A program made the position numbers and the translations under genes. Source: Raillietiella orientalis (lineage: Eukaryota). Taken from it: DNA of 64,000 nt. The notes beneath the pieces are model-generated. The model was given only the letters and a program-made list of their open reading frames with translations, was not told where the DNA came from and made no database searches. How positions within the stretch are numbered: the stretch's first letter is position 1; every line of letters starts with the position of its first letter. The stretch is taken from contig JAYWIR010000048.1 in the NCBI GenBank assembly GCA_036172245.1, positions 496,001 to 560,000 of the forward strand. The letters run 5' to 3'. Positions 1 to 13,589 of this stretch are shown here, in pieces.

Positions 1-2173
1 TAGACCAGTATCGTCTATGGTATCACAGCAACAAGATCACACACTTCTGGGACTGCTGCTAACTTTGGCCTCTGATTATCTCGGGATAATTCACTCAGGA
101 AAATTTTCCCGCACGTGAAGATCTAGAATGAGATGGCTTAACTCTGGGGATGAAATCCCAATGCTGCAAATTACATTAGTTTAGAGAAAGCAAAAAATTC
201 AAGAAATGAGATAGCGCTCTCTGCTGAGGTAGCAAGGAATACACTTCTTTTCTGACCGAGCAGTCCTTTCTCGATTCTCCCTAATGCATTCTTTGGTTAG
301 GTTCGCCTTGTTTTCCCTCCCTCTCTTCAGCAGTGGTTGTCGACCTCAGGCAATGGAACTCGAGAACAAATCGGTTTGCCAAAGGAGAAGAGTTAAAAAT
401 TTGAAGACCGCGTTCGCCAGCATGGAGGATGTCTGTTCGCGTCCCAACTCCATTGAGCACGAGCACTCCTTGCATCGTCTGTCCATTAAAGCCATAATCG
501 CTCTTGATTGGGGGTAGCTCAGTGAGAAGTGGGGGTGGGCCCTGACTTGAGCTTCCCTGCTTGCAAGGTACCAAAAAGCTACACCAAGCTTCTATGTAAG
601 AGTGCAAGAAGAAAGGGAAAATCCCGTTTTCCTTTTTGAGGTACTTTGAGAGACTGCAGCTGAGATGTTTGAGGACCGTTTCGATTCCTCACATTCTGTG
701 TGGACTGAACTCCGTTCTCTTTACAAAAAAACACATGATAAAAAATTCAGCCTTTTCGTATTCGAATTCCCAGGTTTTTTTTTTTTTTTTAAATTTTATT
801 TTGAGACGGGATTTCTACTTCTGGCTCTGTAGGGTAATTCTGCACTCCACATGGTCTGTTATTTAGAGTTTTGGTACCCCTATAGAGCATCTCCGATTGC
901 TTTTCATTATTCATCTCTGATAGAAACACCCACTTCGATGGAATGCGGTTCGGTCGATAACGTCGCCTAAGAATTTAGAGGACAATTATGCTCGGTTCTC
1001 ACGAATTCTCTGTCGTATCCGCCTGAGCGTGCTGGATGGATTCTTCTTCCATGGTCCACCTGTGGAAGAAAGCGAGTGGTAGCCAAGTTCTGAGGCGGAA
1101 ATCCCCGACAAGGAACTTTTTTTCTCTGCAAAATCGTCTTGCCTACACCTCAACGCTTCTCAAGCCACTGAAGAAGTGAGCGCTGCTGTCCACAAGAGTT
1201 GACCGCGAGAAGCTGCCGGTGTCATATCTCTTGCAAGTTTTAAAAGTTCCGTGTTTGTGGGTTTCTCCGTCGCCGCACAGCTGATGCAAGACTCTTGTAC
1301 TCCATTTTTCTTTCCATGGAATGGTGGAGCGCAATCGGTGCTCGGAGAGAGCAGCAGCACGGAAGCCGCGTTGGAAATTTTGGATATTTTTTAAAAAAAA
1401 ACACAGAATGGCCCGGAAACCACAGTGGTTCCGTTCAAGGGGCAGGCATATCCGGGTACAGTTTCCCCCGGGATACGGTGGAACCGGTTGCGCAAACCCC
1501 TGAGGAGACCACAGTCAGGTTTTCTTGTGTTTGAGCAGCGTCTTCATCCCGTACCCCCGTGGGCAGGCAGAAACGCGTTTTCCTCCCTCGGAAATTTGGC
1601 GAAAGTTTCCAATTCATCAGGGTGATGAGCGCGTTGACAGAACAGAGCGGAAAACGATGCGCCAACCCCAAAGGTCGCGCTGATACGTTCGGATCCCATG
1701 GAGATAACGCAGTGACGACACTTATCAACGTACACTAACGAACGCGGAAGCGGTAGGGAACTCGTGTCGCTTCAGCGACTCACCGATATGTTTCCAACGG
1801 GGTTGTCGGATTCTATCGACTGTACTTTCGGTCCATAATCAAGGAAAAATTTCCAAACTTTCTAAGCAGCATCCAGCCACTGAAGCTGATATTCATTGCC
1901 AAACATTCAGGTTTGCTGACTCGTGTCTTCTCCAAACTTGATTCTGATGGATAGGACGAAGATGAGTATACCCAAAGAGAAAGGACACCTCCGCTGAACA
2001 ATGTTTTTTTGATTGAGCGTACCTTATGGATTCCATTCGTAGAAGGAGAAAATGGAGATTTACGCGCTCGCTTCTTCGAATCGCACACTTCCTTCGCATG
2101 AAGACAGCACCAATGCTGACCAAGTGCAGGTCAGAAACTGTCGCCGTGTGAACACGCCACTAAGCACTTACCA

Positions 2174-2677
2174 TCGAAGAGACCAAGGGCTTCGAGGTGA
2201 AGGAAGAGTAGCATCGCCGGGGGACGGGTGCGCTCCGGTCTCCTCGCCGTTCCCTGGTGCCGTTTGCTCCCCTTTCCCACCGTCCTCTCTCTGCCTGCCT
2301 GCTCTCCCTCCCGAGTCGGGTCCGTCACCTGCTGCGTCTTGCTTCGTGTTTACCTCGTTTCGCTTCCCTCCTCCTCCTCCCCAGGACGAATCTCTCGAAC
2401 CAAGTCGGCGTCGCCCGTCTGCCAGAGAGACCACCCTTCTTTTGTCTTTCTTCATCTCCTTGCAGCTCACCTCCACCGACCTCTGTGCACAGGAGGGTTG
2501 TTTGCATCCGTAGGCGGGCTGTGCAGCCCGGATACTCGCCAGCCGAGAATCAGTCCTTGTCCTTTCCGAGCGACCCGAGCCCCTCGGGTGGTTCCCTCGA
2601 AGAGACCAAGAGCTTCGAGGTGAAGGAAGAGAGGAGCGAAACGGCGGCATCAGCGGGGGGAGGGTGCGTTTCGGTCA
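2174..2677. repeat. Direct repeat pair 423 bp apart (2174-2240 and 2597-2677)
   Basis: TCGAAGAGACCAAG(G/A)GCTTCGAGGTGAAGGAAGAG occurs at 2174-2208 and 2597-2631 (1 mismatch in 35). Both copies continue into similar GCATC...GGGTGCG...CGGTC tails. Confidence 0.85.
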
Positions 2678-2749
2678 CATTTTTTGGATCGTGACCCGCG
2701 AGAGCTTAAAGACTAATGAACAGTGCAACTACTTGTTATCCCTTGTATA

Positions 2750-3470
2750 ACAAGATTAACCCTTCTCCCTTCCAAACGAATGCTCATCCCTGCTACAGCA
2801 ATATACAGACAGAGCGCTGTCTGCCTAAGTTCAATGTGATGCCGAAAATAATCTAAATCTGGGGCATCTCTTTTGTTGTCACCAAACCACGGAGAGATTA
2901 AACATGCTAAGATGAACATGAAGTTTTCCTAACAGAGAGATCTGATGTGCGCTGGGGAACCCACGGACTGACGAGAGATAATACCACCATACTCCCTTTT
3001 CCCTGTGGGGGCACATGAGCTTAGCAAACACTCGCTGCATCACCTGACACAGGTTCCCGTCACATCCAACACTGCTACCGCTGATTCCCGATAGAATCCG
3101 AACCTGATTCTTGAGCAAACAGAAAACCCAGTTCGCATTTCCTATGCAACTGCATCCTCCTGTACCGAAATCGTGGATCTACCGTGTTTACCGTTCGACC
3201 CGTAGGTGCTGTTCCTTTGCCAATTCATTGATCAGCGTTTCCCTGCCACTACACCTGCTGTGTTTGCTTTCCGGGATAGTGTTCCCCCGAATGCTTGCCA
3301 AGAGCAGCATTCCGAAGCGAGGAACAGGAACCCTCCTCCTGTTTATAAGGACGAAAAGGACCTTCAATGTCTTGAGTAATGGGTAAACAAACGCATTTTT
3401 CGCAGCCTCGTTTCGGCGCGTCTATGTTGGTCCTCGGAGGCGTTTGTCCATAGCCCGACTAGCGGTGGAG
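2750..3470 (-). other. Possible decayed bunyavirus-like L protein fragment, C-terminal half (EVE)
   Basis: Minus-strand pieces read in order LVGLW...RLRKMRLF / ITQDIEGPF (3354-3368) / VLINRRRV...LLASIRGNTIP (3272-3301)...ELAKEQHL. This recalls the phenuivirus L stretch W...ETLRDGPF...R.VRL.G...VVRMNFFP...KH. Frameshifted, motifs from memory. Confidence 0.35.
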
Positions 3471-3601
3471 GTGAATTTGTTCAAACGACTTGCACACAGG
3501 AACAAGAAAGAGAACGCAACTGTATCTCCGACACACCGTCGTTCATAGCATTGAGTATCACTTCTGCGAGTCGGATCCGGGGTTTATGACTTTGGGTCGA
3601 A

Positions 3602-4800
<1,199 letters not shown>

Positions 4801-5399
4801 AGGGCGACTCGAGATCACCAGGAAGAAGCTGCTCATTCCTGAGTCCAACCAGTGACACATGTGACATGGAGGCAGCGCTCCCAAGGTGGCTTCCGCTTGG
4901 TTCAGAGAAACAAAGGCTTGCTGTCTGGAGACAGAGTAAGGAATACTTGCTATCTGATGTAATAAATCAAATAGTCCTATTCTCATCATTTTCCTTCCTT
5001 CAGTACCCTTACTCTTCCTATTGAATCATCTTTTCTCTCAAGGTTTCTGAGCATGTTTTCCAAGAGTATCTGTATCACAAATCCATTTTGTTCGATGAAG
5101 CCAGAAGAGAACTACACGTTGCTTCTTGAATTAGAAAAGCTTTGGATTCTTCTCAATTTTTCAGAATTTCTCTGGCAATCTGAAAGCTGGGAGACATGTC
5201 TTTTTGCATGTGCAGACAGCATACTTGGTACTTAATCATACCGTTCTTTTAGAACGGTTCATTGCAAAATCCCAGTGTCCTTTGTTTTCATCGAATGATT
5301 TATTGCACGTATTTCGATTCGGAAATCACGCTTATCCCTGGAAATTGTCATCTTCCAATTAGGTCTCCCGCTTATTTTGATGCAAACTTATTAATAGTA

Positions 5400-6030
5400 A
5401 TGGGTTGGTCATCAACAGCGCTGGAAACGGCAATGCAAAAGTTGGGCAAGTGTGGAAGATGGGCTCTTCATTCCTGCTAAAAGGGCGCGTCCGCTTTCTT
5501 GGGGGAGAGAGAGAGGCATCTCTGAGGTCCGAGAATCCGGGAAGTGATAAAGTGTCGAGGAATTCACAATTCCCAAAAGGTACAAAGAGCACATCAGAGA
5601 AGAGACGTCGTGCTCGACCATGCAGCATTCTCAGGACATACACTGGAGCCATCGCATCGTAATAGAAGGAACGTCAGCGCGCCACCAAAGCATTCAAAGA
5701 GAAGTCTCAGGAGAAGATGGTGGAATCTTTCTCGTCTCTCCCTTTTTAACATAATTTTGGGTACGAAAACTTGTATCGAGCCCATTCTGGGTACTTCCGT
5801 GTAATTCGTGGACGAGGACCGCTTATCGCTGCACGTTCCTCTGTCACAATGCAACCGAAGCGCTTTCCAATCCTCCATCTCTCTCGTTCCTCCTTCGAAG
5901 ATGTTCTTCAGAGATGGAAACTAATTTCCTTTATCGGGGCGCACAGAGGAGATTTCTCTTCCTTGCCACTGGAAGTGGGGATGTCCCCGCTTTCTAGAAG
6001 GGCGAATCACAAGAAAATCTGAAATCCCTT
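5400..6030 (-). other. Probable continuation of the bunyavirus-like L relic after a ~670-bp insertion
   Basis: DFRFSCDSPF*...ARKRNLLCAP (DSPF at 5997-6008) is the motif expected just after YPWI (6692-6703) in phenuivirus-type L. The lower boundary is a guess. Confidence 0.4.
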
Positions 6031-6689
6031 GGGAGAGGACCGCTTTCTGTGATCGTGCGAAATGGGACCAATAAAAAACAATGCCAGCTTGTGATTTAAG
6101 CGCTGTTCCTTATAATCAAATCAGGAAGCCATTGTGACTGGCACGTACACCCTAAAAGCTGATAAACAGATTAATTCTCATTCCCCGGAATCGTGCTAAC
6201 ATCACGGAAAATATTTCAATCACTGTATTTTTAAGAAACAATAAAGAATAAAGGAACAATAACTGTCCGATGCATCCATCAGGGGTTGAGCAAGATATCC
6301 CCTTCATAATTATTAATCCTCTGGAAAGGAAGATAATAGCTCGGTTCCAAAGATTGATGCCAGCAAATCTCGTAATCGCCCTCGGACGAAATTCGAGATC
6401 CGGCCCGGAAAACCAGACGCGAGTAGAGCGAAAACCCTTCTTTTTCTTTCTACGGAACGGAGGGGTTTGCCGTTCTATTCTTCGCAAATGCCTCCGTCTG
6501 TTCCCCTAAATGCAAATGAACGCACAGCAGCCCGATGGCTGCGGTTTCGGGCTGGATTCCGCAGTACCGGAGGACCAATCGTTAATCCCTCGTGAGGAGC
6601 AGCGTCAAATCGTGGAGCGCAAGTCGACGTGAAGAACGCAGTAAACAGCGCTCGGGGGCAAGAATCGGCGTGGCCACAATGGATGGATC

Positions 6690-9600
6690 ACAATCCACGG
6701 ATACGTATCCCCCAACCTTTCCCTTGCAGCATCGCCTCTGAAGCCTACTTACTAGCTTCAGCAGTCTTGGCCGTTTCGGGAAGTGTTCCGCCCGACGAGC
6801 AGGTGGATGACATCTTCGCTAATTTGAGATTCGAGATGGGAAGCATCCCCGCAGGCGACGGCGTGCTTTTCGGATAAGGCAGCTTGAGTTTCGGAAGAGA
6901 ACCGCTTCGACAGACACGAGGAGACAGAATGTGATTCCTTAATACGAAGAACACGATCTTTGGTTATCGACAAATGGTCTGAAAGGGTGGAGTAAGAGAG
7001 CATTTGCACTGCTCTGCCGATTTATCAACTGAAGGGAGTTACCGAGGTTCGGCCAGCTTAAGGCAGTGCTGGTTGTCGATTGCCAGCCGGATCGAGATGC
7101 GCATTCTTCCTGCTTAATATCATCTCCGGTCACTGTTTCCTGAAAAGAGGATTTGGGAAGAAGGAACGGACTTGTGCTTCTGCAAGATGCCCAGGGGATA
7201 TTCTAACCAATTAGTTGACCTGGATCAGCAATATATCTCTGTATATTGACACTCCGTGACAAAGTGACTTTCAGGAATGCGGACTGTTTGCGGCTAAACC
7301 CTGGCTGGCGCTTATGCCATCTGACTGCTTTGGGTTTTTCGTCTCTACGAAAACGTCCTGGAAGTTGCTGCACTGCGGAAAGGCTGCATCACGCAAGGTG
7401 AACCAGCAGAGTGATCATAGGCACCGAGGATGCAAAACTGCTTTGACCGTTTCCACATTTTCGTGCGCTTTTCCACGTAAAGATCAGGAAACAGTGGTAT
7501 CTTGAAGTTCTGGGAGCAAGAGCATCGTGTCCTCATAGACGCCTCTAAATCTTTGCAGCTGCCCGTTCTCCGAGCACATCTCACTGCAAATAGCCATGTA
7601 GCACTGCCATGAAGAAATAAAATGCACACAAGAAGTTCGAGTTCCTGGATCTTTTTTTTTTTTTCTTTTACTGAAGACCGTCTCTTCCACATGAACAAGA
7701 AAAAATTCCATCAGTCCACTAAGAAATAATGAAGTAAAACAACCCTGAACTTCCATGAAGTTAGGCCGCCACTCGAAGGGCATGCACGAACGGAGAAGAC
7801 CTGCATACAGTTCTGACATCTTTCAAATCCCTCAAAAAATCTTTCCAGAGCATGCAAGCACCACGAACAGGTAACTCACCAGGCACGAATTCCCTCTGAA
7901 TTTGCTTTCTTCGTGTAAGCTGTGGATTACTCCTCATCCAGAGCAGATTAGAGTATCGACTTCAGCGTAGATTCATGACACGCTGAGGTCTCATCAAAGG
8001 TAAAAGTAATTCGTGGGGACCAACAGGAGCAAACACGCAGGCATTTTCATATTTCGAGTTCTGTTATCGGAGAAGTTTCGGTGACGTTCCTCAACATGAG
8101 TTCGGACTTGCGCATGCGAATTTCAGTTTGAACTCTGAAATTCCGCTTTCCTGCTGTGGGTATGTGAGACCACCTTTCAGCATCCTGTGATGTGGAAACC
8201 CTTGCTTCCTTTCTCCTTCTAAAGAGCTCTGTTATCCGTCAGTCAAATACGACTGATGCGTGCAAAGAGAAAAGAATGCCATCGGCTATCTTTTGCAGAT
8301 GGGCGTTGTCCTCCGTCTCCAGCATTCGAGCAAGACGAATACAGCTGAATATCAGCTCCTGGACTCTGAATTCTGTTTGGGTTATCAACTCAGGCAGGGA
8401 TGCCCATTTGCCTCCTAGGCAGTTTGTAACAGTGGTCATAGGGGCTCCATAAGGGAAAGCTAGAACGTACATGTACGAAGACAAAACATATTCTTAGTTC
8501 CATTATTCGTACTTTCGAGTTCCAGCATCCACATAATAAAATGTACTAGAAGTCCAGGTGGTAGAGGAAGGTTTGAAGTCAGTGCACTCTTATCTGTCTG
8601 AATCAACGGAAATGTGCGAAAATATCAAAGACCTCCATTCAAAGTTCAATGGATTGGCTTTCAAGGATGAAAATCCTGCTCATCAACGAACCAACTGAAA
8701 ACACATCCTGTTCTGAAATAGTTTGCTGGACTCCTGGATTTGCTGGCTCCTTACCAAATGTAAGGAAGAGCAGCGCACCAGACTCTCCAGAGCCACACGT
8801 TCTCTTGCACGCATTCCCTATGCCAGACGAGGCTTCAATCCCTTCCGCATTCTCAGAGTTCACCTCTCCCTGTTGAGATCTCCATGCTGGCGTCATCCTG
8901 AACGGAAGCAACCCATTCTTTTCCCTCGTCGAAGCGAGAAGATTCTGATTAGCAAAATGGAGACATTTTAAGCCACATCATCGCACGTGCACGTTTCCCT
9001 CACCTGCCATCTTCATTTCAAGTGCCAGGGCTCGCATCCGGAGACATCGAAGTTCAAGAGCGAGCGGAACGTGGCATCTCTGGAGAGTGCCGTCTGCGAA
9101 ATCGCAGCCTGCCCCGGACTTTGTTCTAAACTTGAGAACACTTTCACTCCCTTGAGTGGCACGCCCTTCTTTGGTTTTATGAATAAACACTGCGAAAGTG
9201 ATATTCGAATTTCCTTCTGCCCTTCCTACCAGTCCTGAACTTCACAACACAACACTGCGCTTCCTCATTGTGATCTGATGCTTCACAGTTAGCCGAATGG
9301 TTTAAACGCTTCTTGAGAATCGAAAATTCAGCGCCAAGCTTGTCGCCGACTCCAACTAAGAAAGGCTCCCTTATTAACCTCATTACTACACCTTGGATCA
9401 ATGGATTCCTCCGAGAAAGATACCGTGTTTATTACCACCACTCTCAAAGATAAGCGAATTCAAGCCAATGGGTCCACATCCCGTTTATTGCTCGCCTGTG
9501 CTAACAACGACTGCCTGCTTTGATGAAGTTAAGAGATTCAGGTGCCTTGAATGGAGTCAATAAGGGAGAACGATGACTGTCCTCATCAAAATCAATACGT

Positions 9601-10680
9601 GAGTCACCAGTCAGTTCGTGAGGACAAGATTCTCCACGCAGCCGGACGGGGATGCTGTAAAGCACTTGGATCTTTTTTCGTAGTGAGGCATGCAGACTGC
9701 AGAGCAGCCTGGAGCGCGATCGTGCAGGCCTTGGTGATTTTTTCGAATGCTTCAAAGGTCAGAAGAGCTTAGGGAATTTTCCCCAAATGGAATTTGGTCC
9801 ACTTGACCTCTTGGTCCTCTTTCGCAGCAAGACATCTACCGGCCGATTCCAAAAGGACAATAATAAGTTGGATTCTTTCAAAGACATGAGGCTTCCTTCC
9901 ACGATCAAAGCTGCGCTCCCTTGCTCTTAAGGCATTAGAGACCCAGCAGGAATTCCTCTCGAAGCACCACAGTTCTGCACCGTCGGTGGCTCCCATGTAC
10001 CTCGAAAGGACTTTCCCTTACAGGAAGCAGCTTAGGTAAAACCTTTCGAATGACTAAGCCTATATGAAACCACCTAGAATTTGCGTTCGCCTTTTCGTTT
10101 CCTCAACGAAGTCGCCCAGCAGGCTTTGGTCTCAGAGGTCCCCGGGGTGGAAGAGATTGGGCTTGTCCACGGGTCCGCGTAGAAAGGCGTTCCATTCCAC
10201 GTGGAAGGAAACGGAAAAGGGAGTGACCTGCAAGATTGAACATCCAAGGCGCGTGATCATCGAAGATGTCTGGGGACAGATTCCTAGTACGACGAAGGAT
10301 TGCTCAGCACGAAGTGAGCACGCGGTGTCTACACGCGGTGTCTTCTTTTTCTAAGTAACAAGCGAGTTTTAAAGGATAAACAGCTAAAACAGTGGTGCGT
10401 TCGTTTCCTGGACACGTCCTCCTCATCTGATCGATGAAACCAAGCCGGTCTCAGGAAACTGAAGCTGAATCCATCCAAAGTCCACCAGACAAAGGGTAAC
10501 CTTATTAAGTAAACAGGAAATCTCGTCTAGGGGAGAGCGTCTAGTTCAAGGAATGATAATAGGATACTTCCGGGATTTCACACTTCTGGAGGAAGGTAGT
10601 CTCTTGGCAACGCTTGTGAGGAAGCACTACGAAGTGTGCGTTGATGAGTGTAGTCGATTCGTCTGTCGGCTGTCAATGGA
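6690..10680 (-). other. Non-retroviral endogenous viral element: decayed bunyavirus-like L segment (cap-snatching endonuclease plus RdRp)
   Basis: Collinear L-like motifs on the minus strand: NLSPDIF (10262-10282) then, after a frameshift, ILQVT (PD..E/Q endonuclease); FKP...FYYVDAG...YVLSSYMY; LETEDNAHLQKIADGILF...ITELF..K (~8280-8320); SPITELEI; HESTLKSIL*SALDEE (7930-7977); NFMEVQGCFTSLFLSGLMEF (motif-B-like, 7700-7762); DPGTRTS...Y...SENG (7562-7651); LGAYD (7414-7428); W...SPFLL (7158-7172); PNLGNSL (7032-7052); ERLGDTYPWI (YPWI at 6692-6703). Many stops, frameshifts and deletions, and no evident introns. Confidence 0.65.
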
Positions 10681-12334
10681 TACGATGTGCAGAAGCATCC
10701 CTCTGACTCCTTCGCCCTGCTAAACAGAATACGATCGGCGGCCACCCTTTGGACGTTCCGCCTCAGAAGATCCGCAGAAGATGGGTCGGAACAAGCCCCA
10801 CGATGCTGGTGTCGAAGAGCAAAAGGAATGTGGGGCGGACCTCCGTATAACGCGGAGTCGTTCGTATTCGTGACGAAAAATGGCGGCAGTCCTCGTGCGA
10901 TCGCAGAGGATCAGTTCCGTATGGCGCTGTGGATAAATCTCAACTTTGTGGTAAAACCTCAGTTCCAATGTCTCTTTTGAGAGAACACACGATTTCAGTA
11001 GGCTAATCTCTTTTTTTTTTTTTTTGGTATTTTCACCTTCCAGAAACATCCATTTTGTTTTTTTTTTTGCTAGTCACGTTCATTGATATTAGAGGTAGGG
11101 GGAGAAAAGTGAGGTCGAAGGAAAAATTTGCATCTCAGGGAGGAGAAAAGAGAATTTTGCCTGCGCCGGAATCTGGTGAGACATCAACATATGTTTCCGA
11201 AAAGTCGAATCTAAACGAGCGAGAGGTCCGAGCAGCCAGGAGAAAAAAAAAAAAAAAAATGAGAAAGCCAAGAGCTAAAATTTCCATTTCAAGTTTGAAG
11301 AGTGTTTGAGGACGTGGATAGAGGGTTGTGATTCACGGAATACCCCTACGAGTGGTCATGTGATTAAAGGGAAGGCACTTGACATTGATCATCATTTAAA
11401 AGAGCTCGAATTCCTTCAATGAGCCACATGAGACCGAGTTCGGTGCTTCCTTCATAGATATAGTCCTTCCTTCAAAATCCATTTTCTACAGAAATGGAGG
11501 TAGATCGCATCATCGATGCTGCCAATCTTTGGGTGGAGAGGAACTGACAACGAATGAACAGCGACTAACATTTAGACGGAGAACTGTCCCAGCCCTAGCG
11601 CGACCAGCGGACGACTCTGCTTCGAATATACAGAGTAACCATGGAGACAGCTCGTTGCAGCTTTTGAGTAAAGGATTAGCATGGACTACCAAGCTAGGCA
11701 CACTTCACGAATAATGATCCCTGGATAGGTCTTTTTTTGAATTTAAGGGGAAACTGCAAGACCCCGTATTTTTGAAAATTGGATCCATATTTCGAGATCC
11801 AGAAATAGTTGGAAAGGAACGACCAAGAATCTCTTGACAGCTGGAATTTTCGTGGGTGAAATAGAGGGAATGTGATGTGAACTCAAGCTCTGCCGATGAG
11901 AATGGCGGAGCCGAAACTTTAAAGCCGTTTACGTTGATTGCATATGAACAAAATTATAGAAGGCTTTTTTAGTTCAAGTTAAATAGTAAATCAATGCTCT
12001 TGATTGTATGCTTCCTGTTTGAAAGTGAAACAGTACATGTTCCTCTGTTACTTAATGCTTTAATGTACACTGCATACCTTTTATGAACACTGTCGTATTA
12101 TCCTGGGGCCCGTATAACACAGATTTGCATAACGTAACCCCGCGTAGCAGGGATTCGCTCGCTCCTTCCCCATGCTCTTGCAGCTCGAGCTACCCATTGG
12201 AAATTCCATCCTGGGGGCTTTGCATCTTCCGGCACACCACTTTCCCCCCGAGATTCCCCTTCTGCATTCCTCTTTTGCATTCGTAGTGAAGATCCGCTCG
12301 TCTTCTCAGATGGAAGCTCTTTGGCAGTGTCCCT

Positions 12335-12560
12335 GCCACTCGAGGGCACGTGTCAACTCATCAGCTTGGAGGGTAATCCCGGAGGGATCACCCTATGAAT
12401 CCAGGAAGTTTCCGGACGAAAAAAGAGTCCGTTCCTCTCACGCCTGGGAAGGGATCCTCGAAGAAAACCGGACTCATTGATTTTGTTTCCTGGAAGGACC
12501 CCCCGGAGGGTTGACTGACAATCCCGGCTATTCAAGGGAAGCATCCAGGGGTTTCCGCCT
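12335..12560 (+). repeat. GC-rich interspersed repeat family, copy 1 (CACCCTATGAAT core)
   Basis: Aligns by eye with the reverse complements of 21755-21864 and 47040-47186, and more weakly with 49520-49650. Confidence 0.7.
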
Positions 12561-12599
12561 TCCACCAGTGCCGCACCCGAACAACCGGCGTCGTTGTGC

Positions 12600-12718
12600 A
12601 AGGAAGAAACTCGGAACTCCAGACGCACTCCCCGCTACCAGTGCACATCCTTTCCCGGGCGGGATTCGAACCCGAAACACACGCGCTGACCGTGGCTACA
12701 CGGCTGCCAACGCGGCCC
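12600..12718 (-). mobile_element. tRNA-derived SINE-like head
   Basis: The minus strand has the B-box GGGTTCGAATCCC (12661-12673), with a weak A-box-like GCCGTGTAGCCACGG upstream. No full cloverleaf. Confidence 0.4.
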
Positions 12719-13589
12719 TGGCGACGGCCACCACCGTCTTTTTGGAGAAGTTTTCGGTTCCCCCAGCACTTGTTCATTTCTCCCAATCTCAGAGATCCTG
12801 CGAGTGTTGCTCTTACGGAAGCAGGAAGGCACCGAGACCCTGAGTGCCCACGCGCTGGTCCATCGTGAATTGAAATTCATTGGTCACACACTCATCAGAT
12901 CAGTGGAAACAGCACCGAAGACGTGCACAGGGACTTGGAAGCACACGCCGTTCAGCGCACAAAAGTTGCGCCCAAACACAGCGTGAAAAGAGCTTTCGAC
13001 AAGCAGAGAAAGTGTTCATTACCACGACGCAGACCACGATCGATGATGTAAGCATCTTTCGAATCCTCGTGTCGAAACAACCATCGTGAATCGCTGGGGG
13101 CTCTCGAATAAAAACTCACCATGGATGTTTGCTTTTTCTCCCCCCTCCCCCATCATCTGGCCTCCTCTTTTCCGGAATTGCAAGGGAATGGGAAGAATTC
13201 TGATTTTTTCCATACCTTCTTAGGGGTAACAAACATTTCAGAATCGTCATTCGACGCTGCCGAAATTTGATTGGGTGACTGTTCTGAAAGCACGTGCAAT
13301 GCAGATGTCCACATGCAGTGCCTTCATCGTTGGCAATGTGGTAAAAAAAAAAAAGAAAAGAACTGCACTGTGGTCAGGAAGGCAGCAGTGCCACAGTAAG
13401 ACTCGACAGTGATGCTTGGAAGGATTCCCCGGGGAACTTGTTCCTCCCTGGAAGAGAACAGTCCAGCTGGTCCATAGACCACGGAGGTAACGACTCCAAC
13501 AAGGTCGTCCATGTCCTAAGCGGCGCCACGAACGCCGTACATCGCGGTGTTACCAGCAGGCAATGTCCTGGGTGCAACGCAAACGATAA

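Noticed and set aside
6623..6652. GTCGACGTGAAGAACGCAGTAAACAGCG resembles the conserved 5.8S rRNA motif
   Set aside because: Under 30 nt with indels, and the flanks do not continue as 5.8S.
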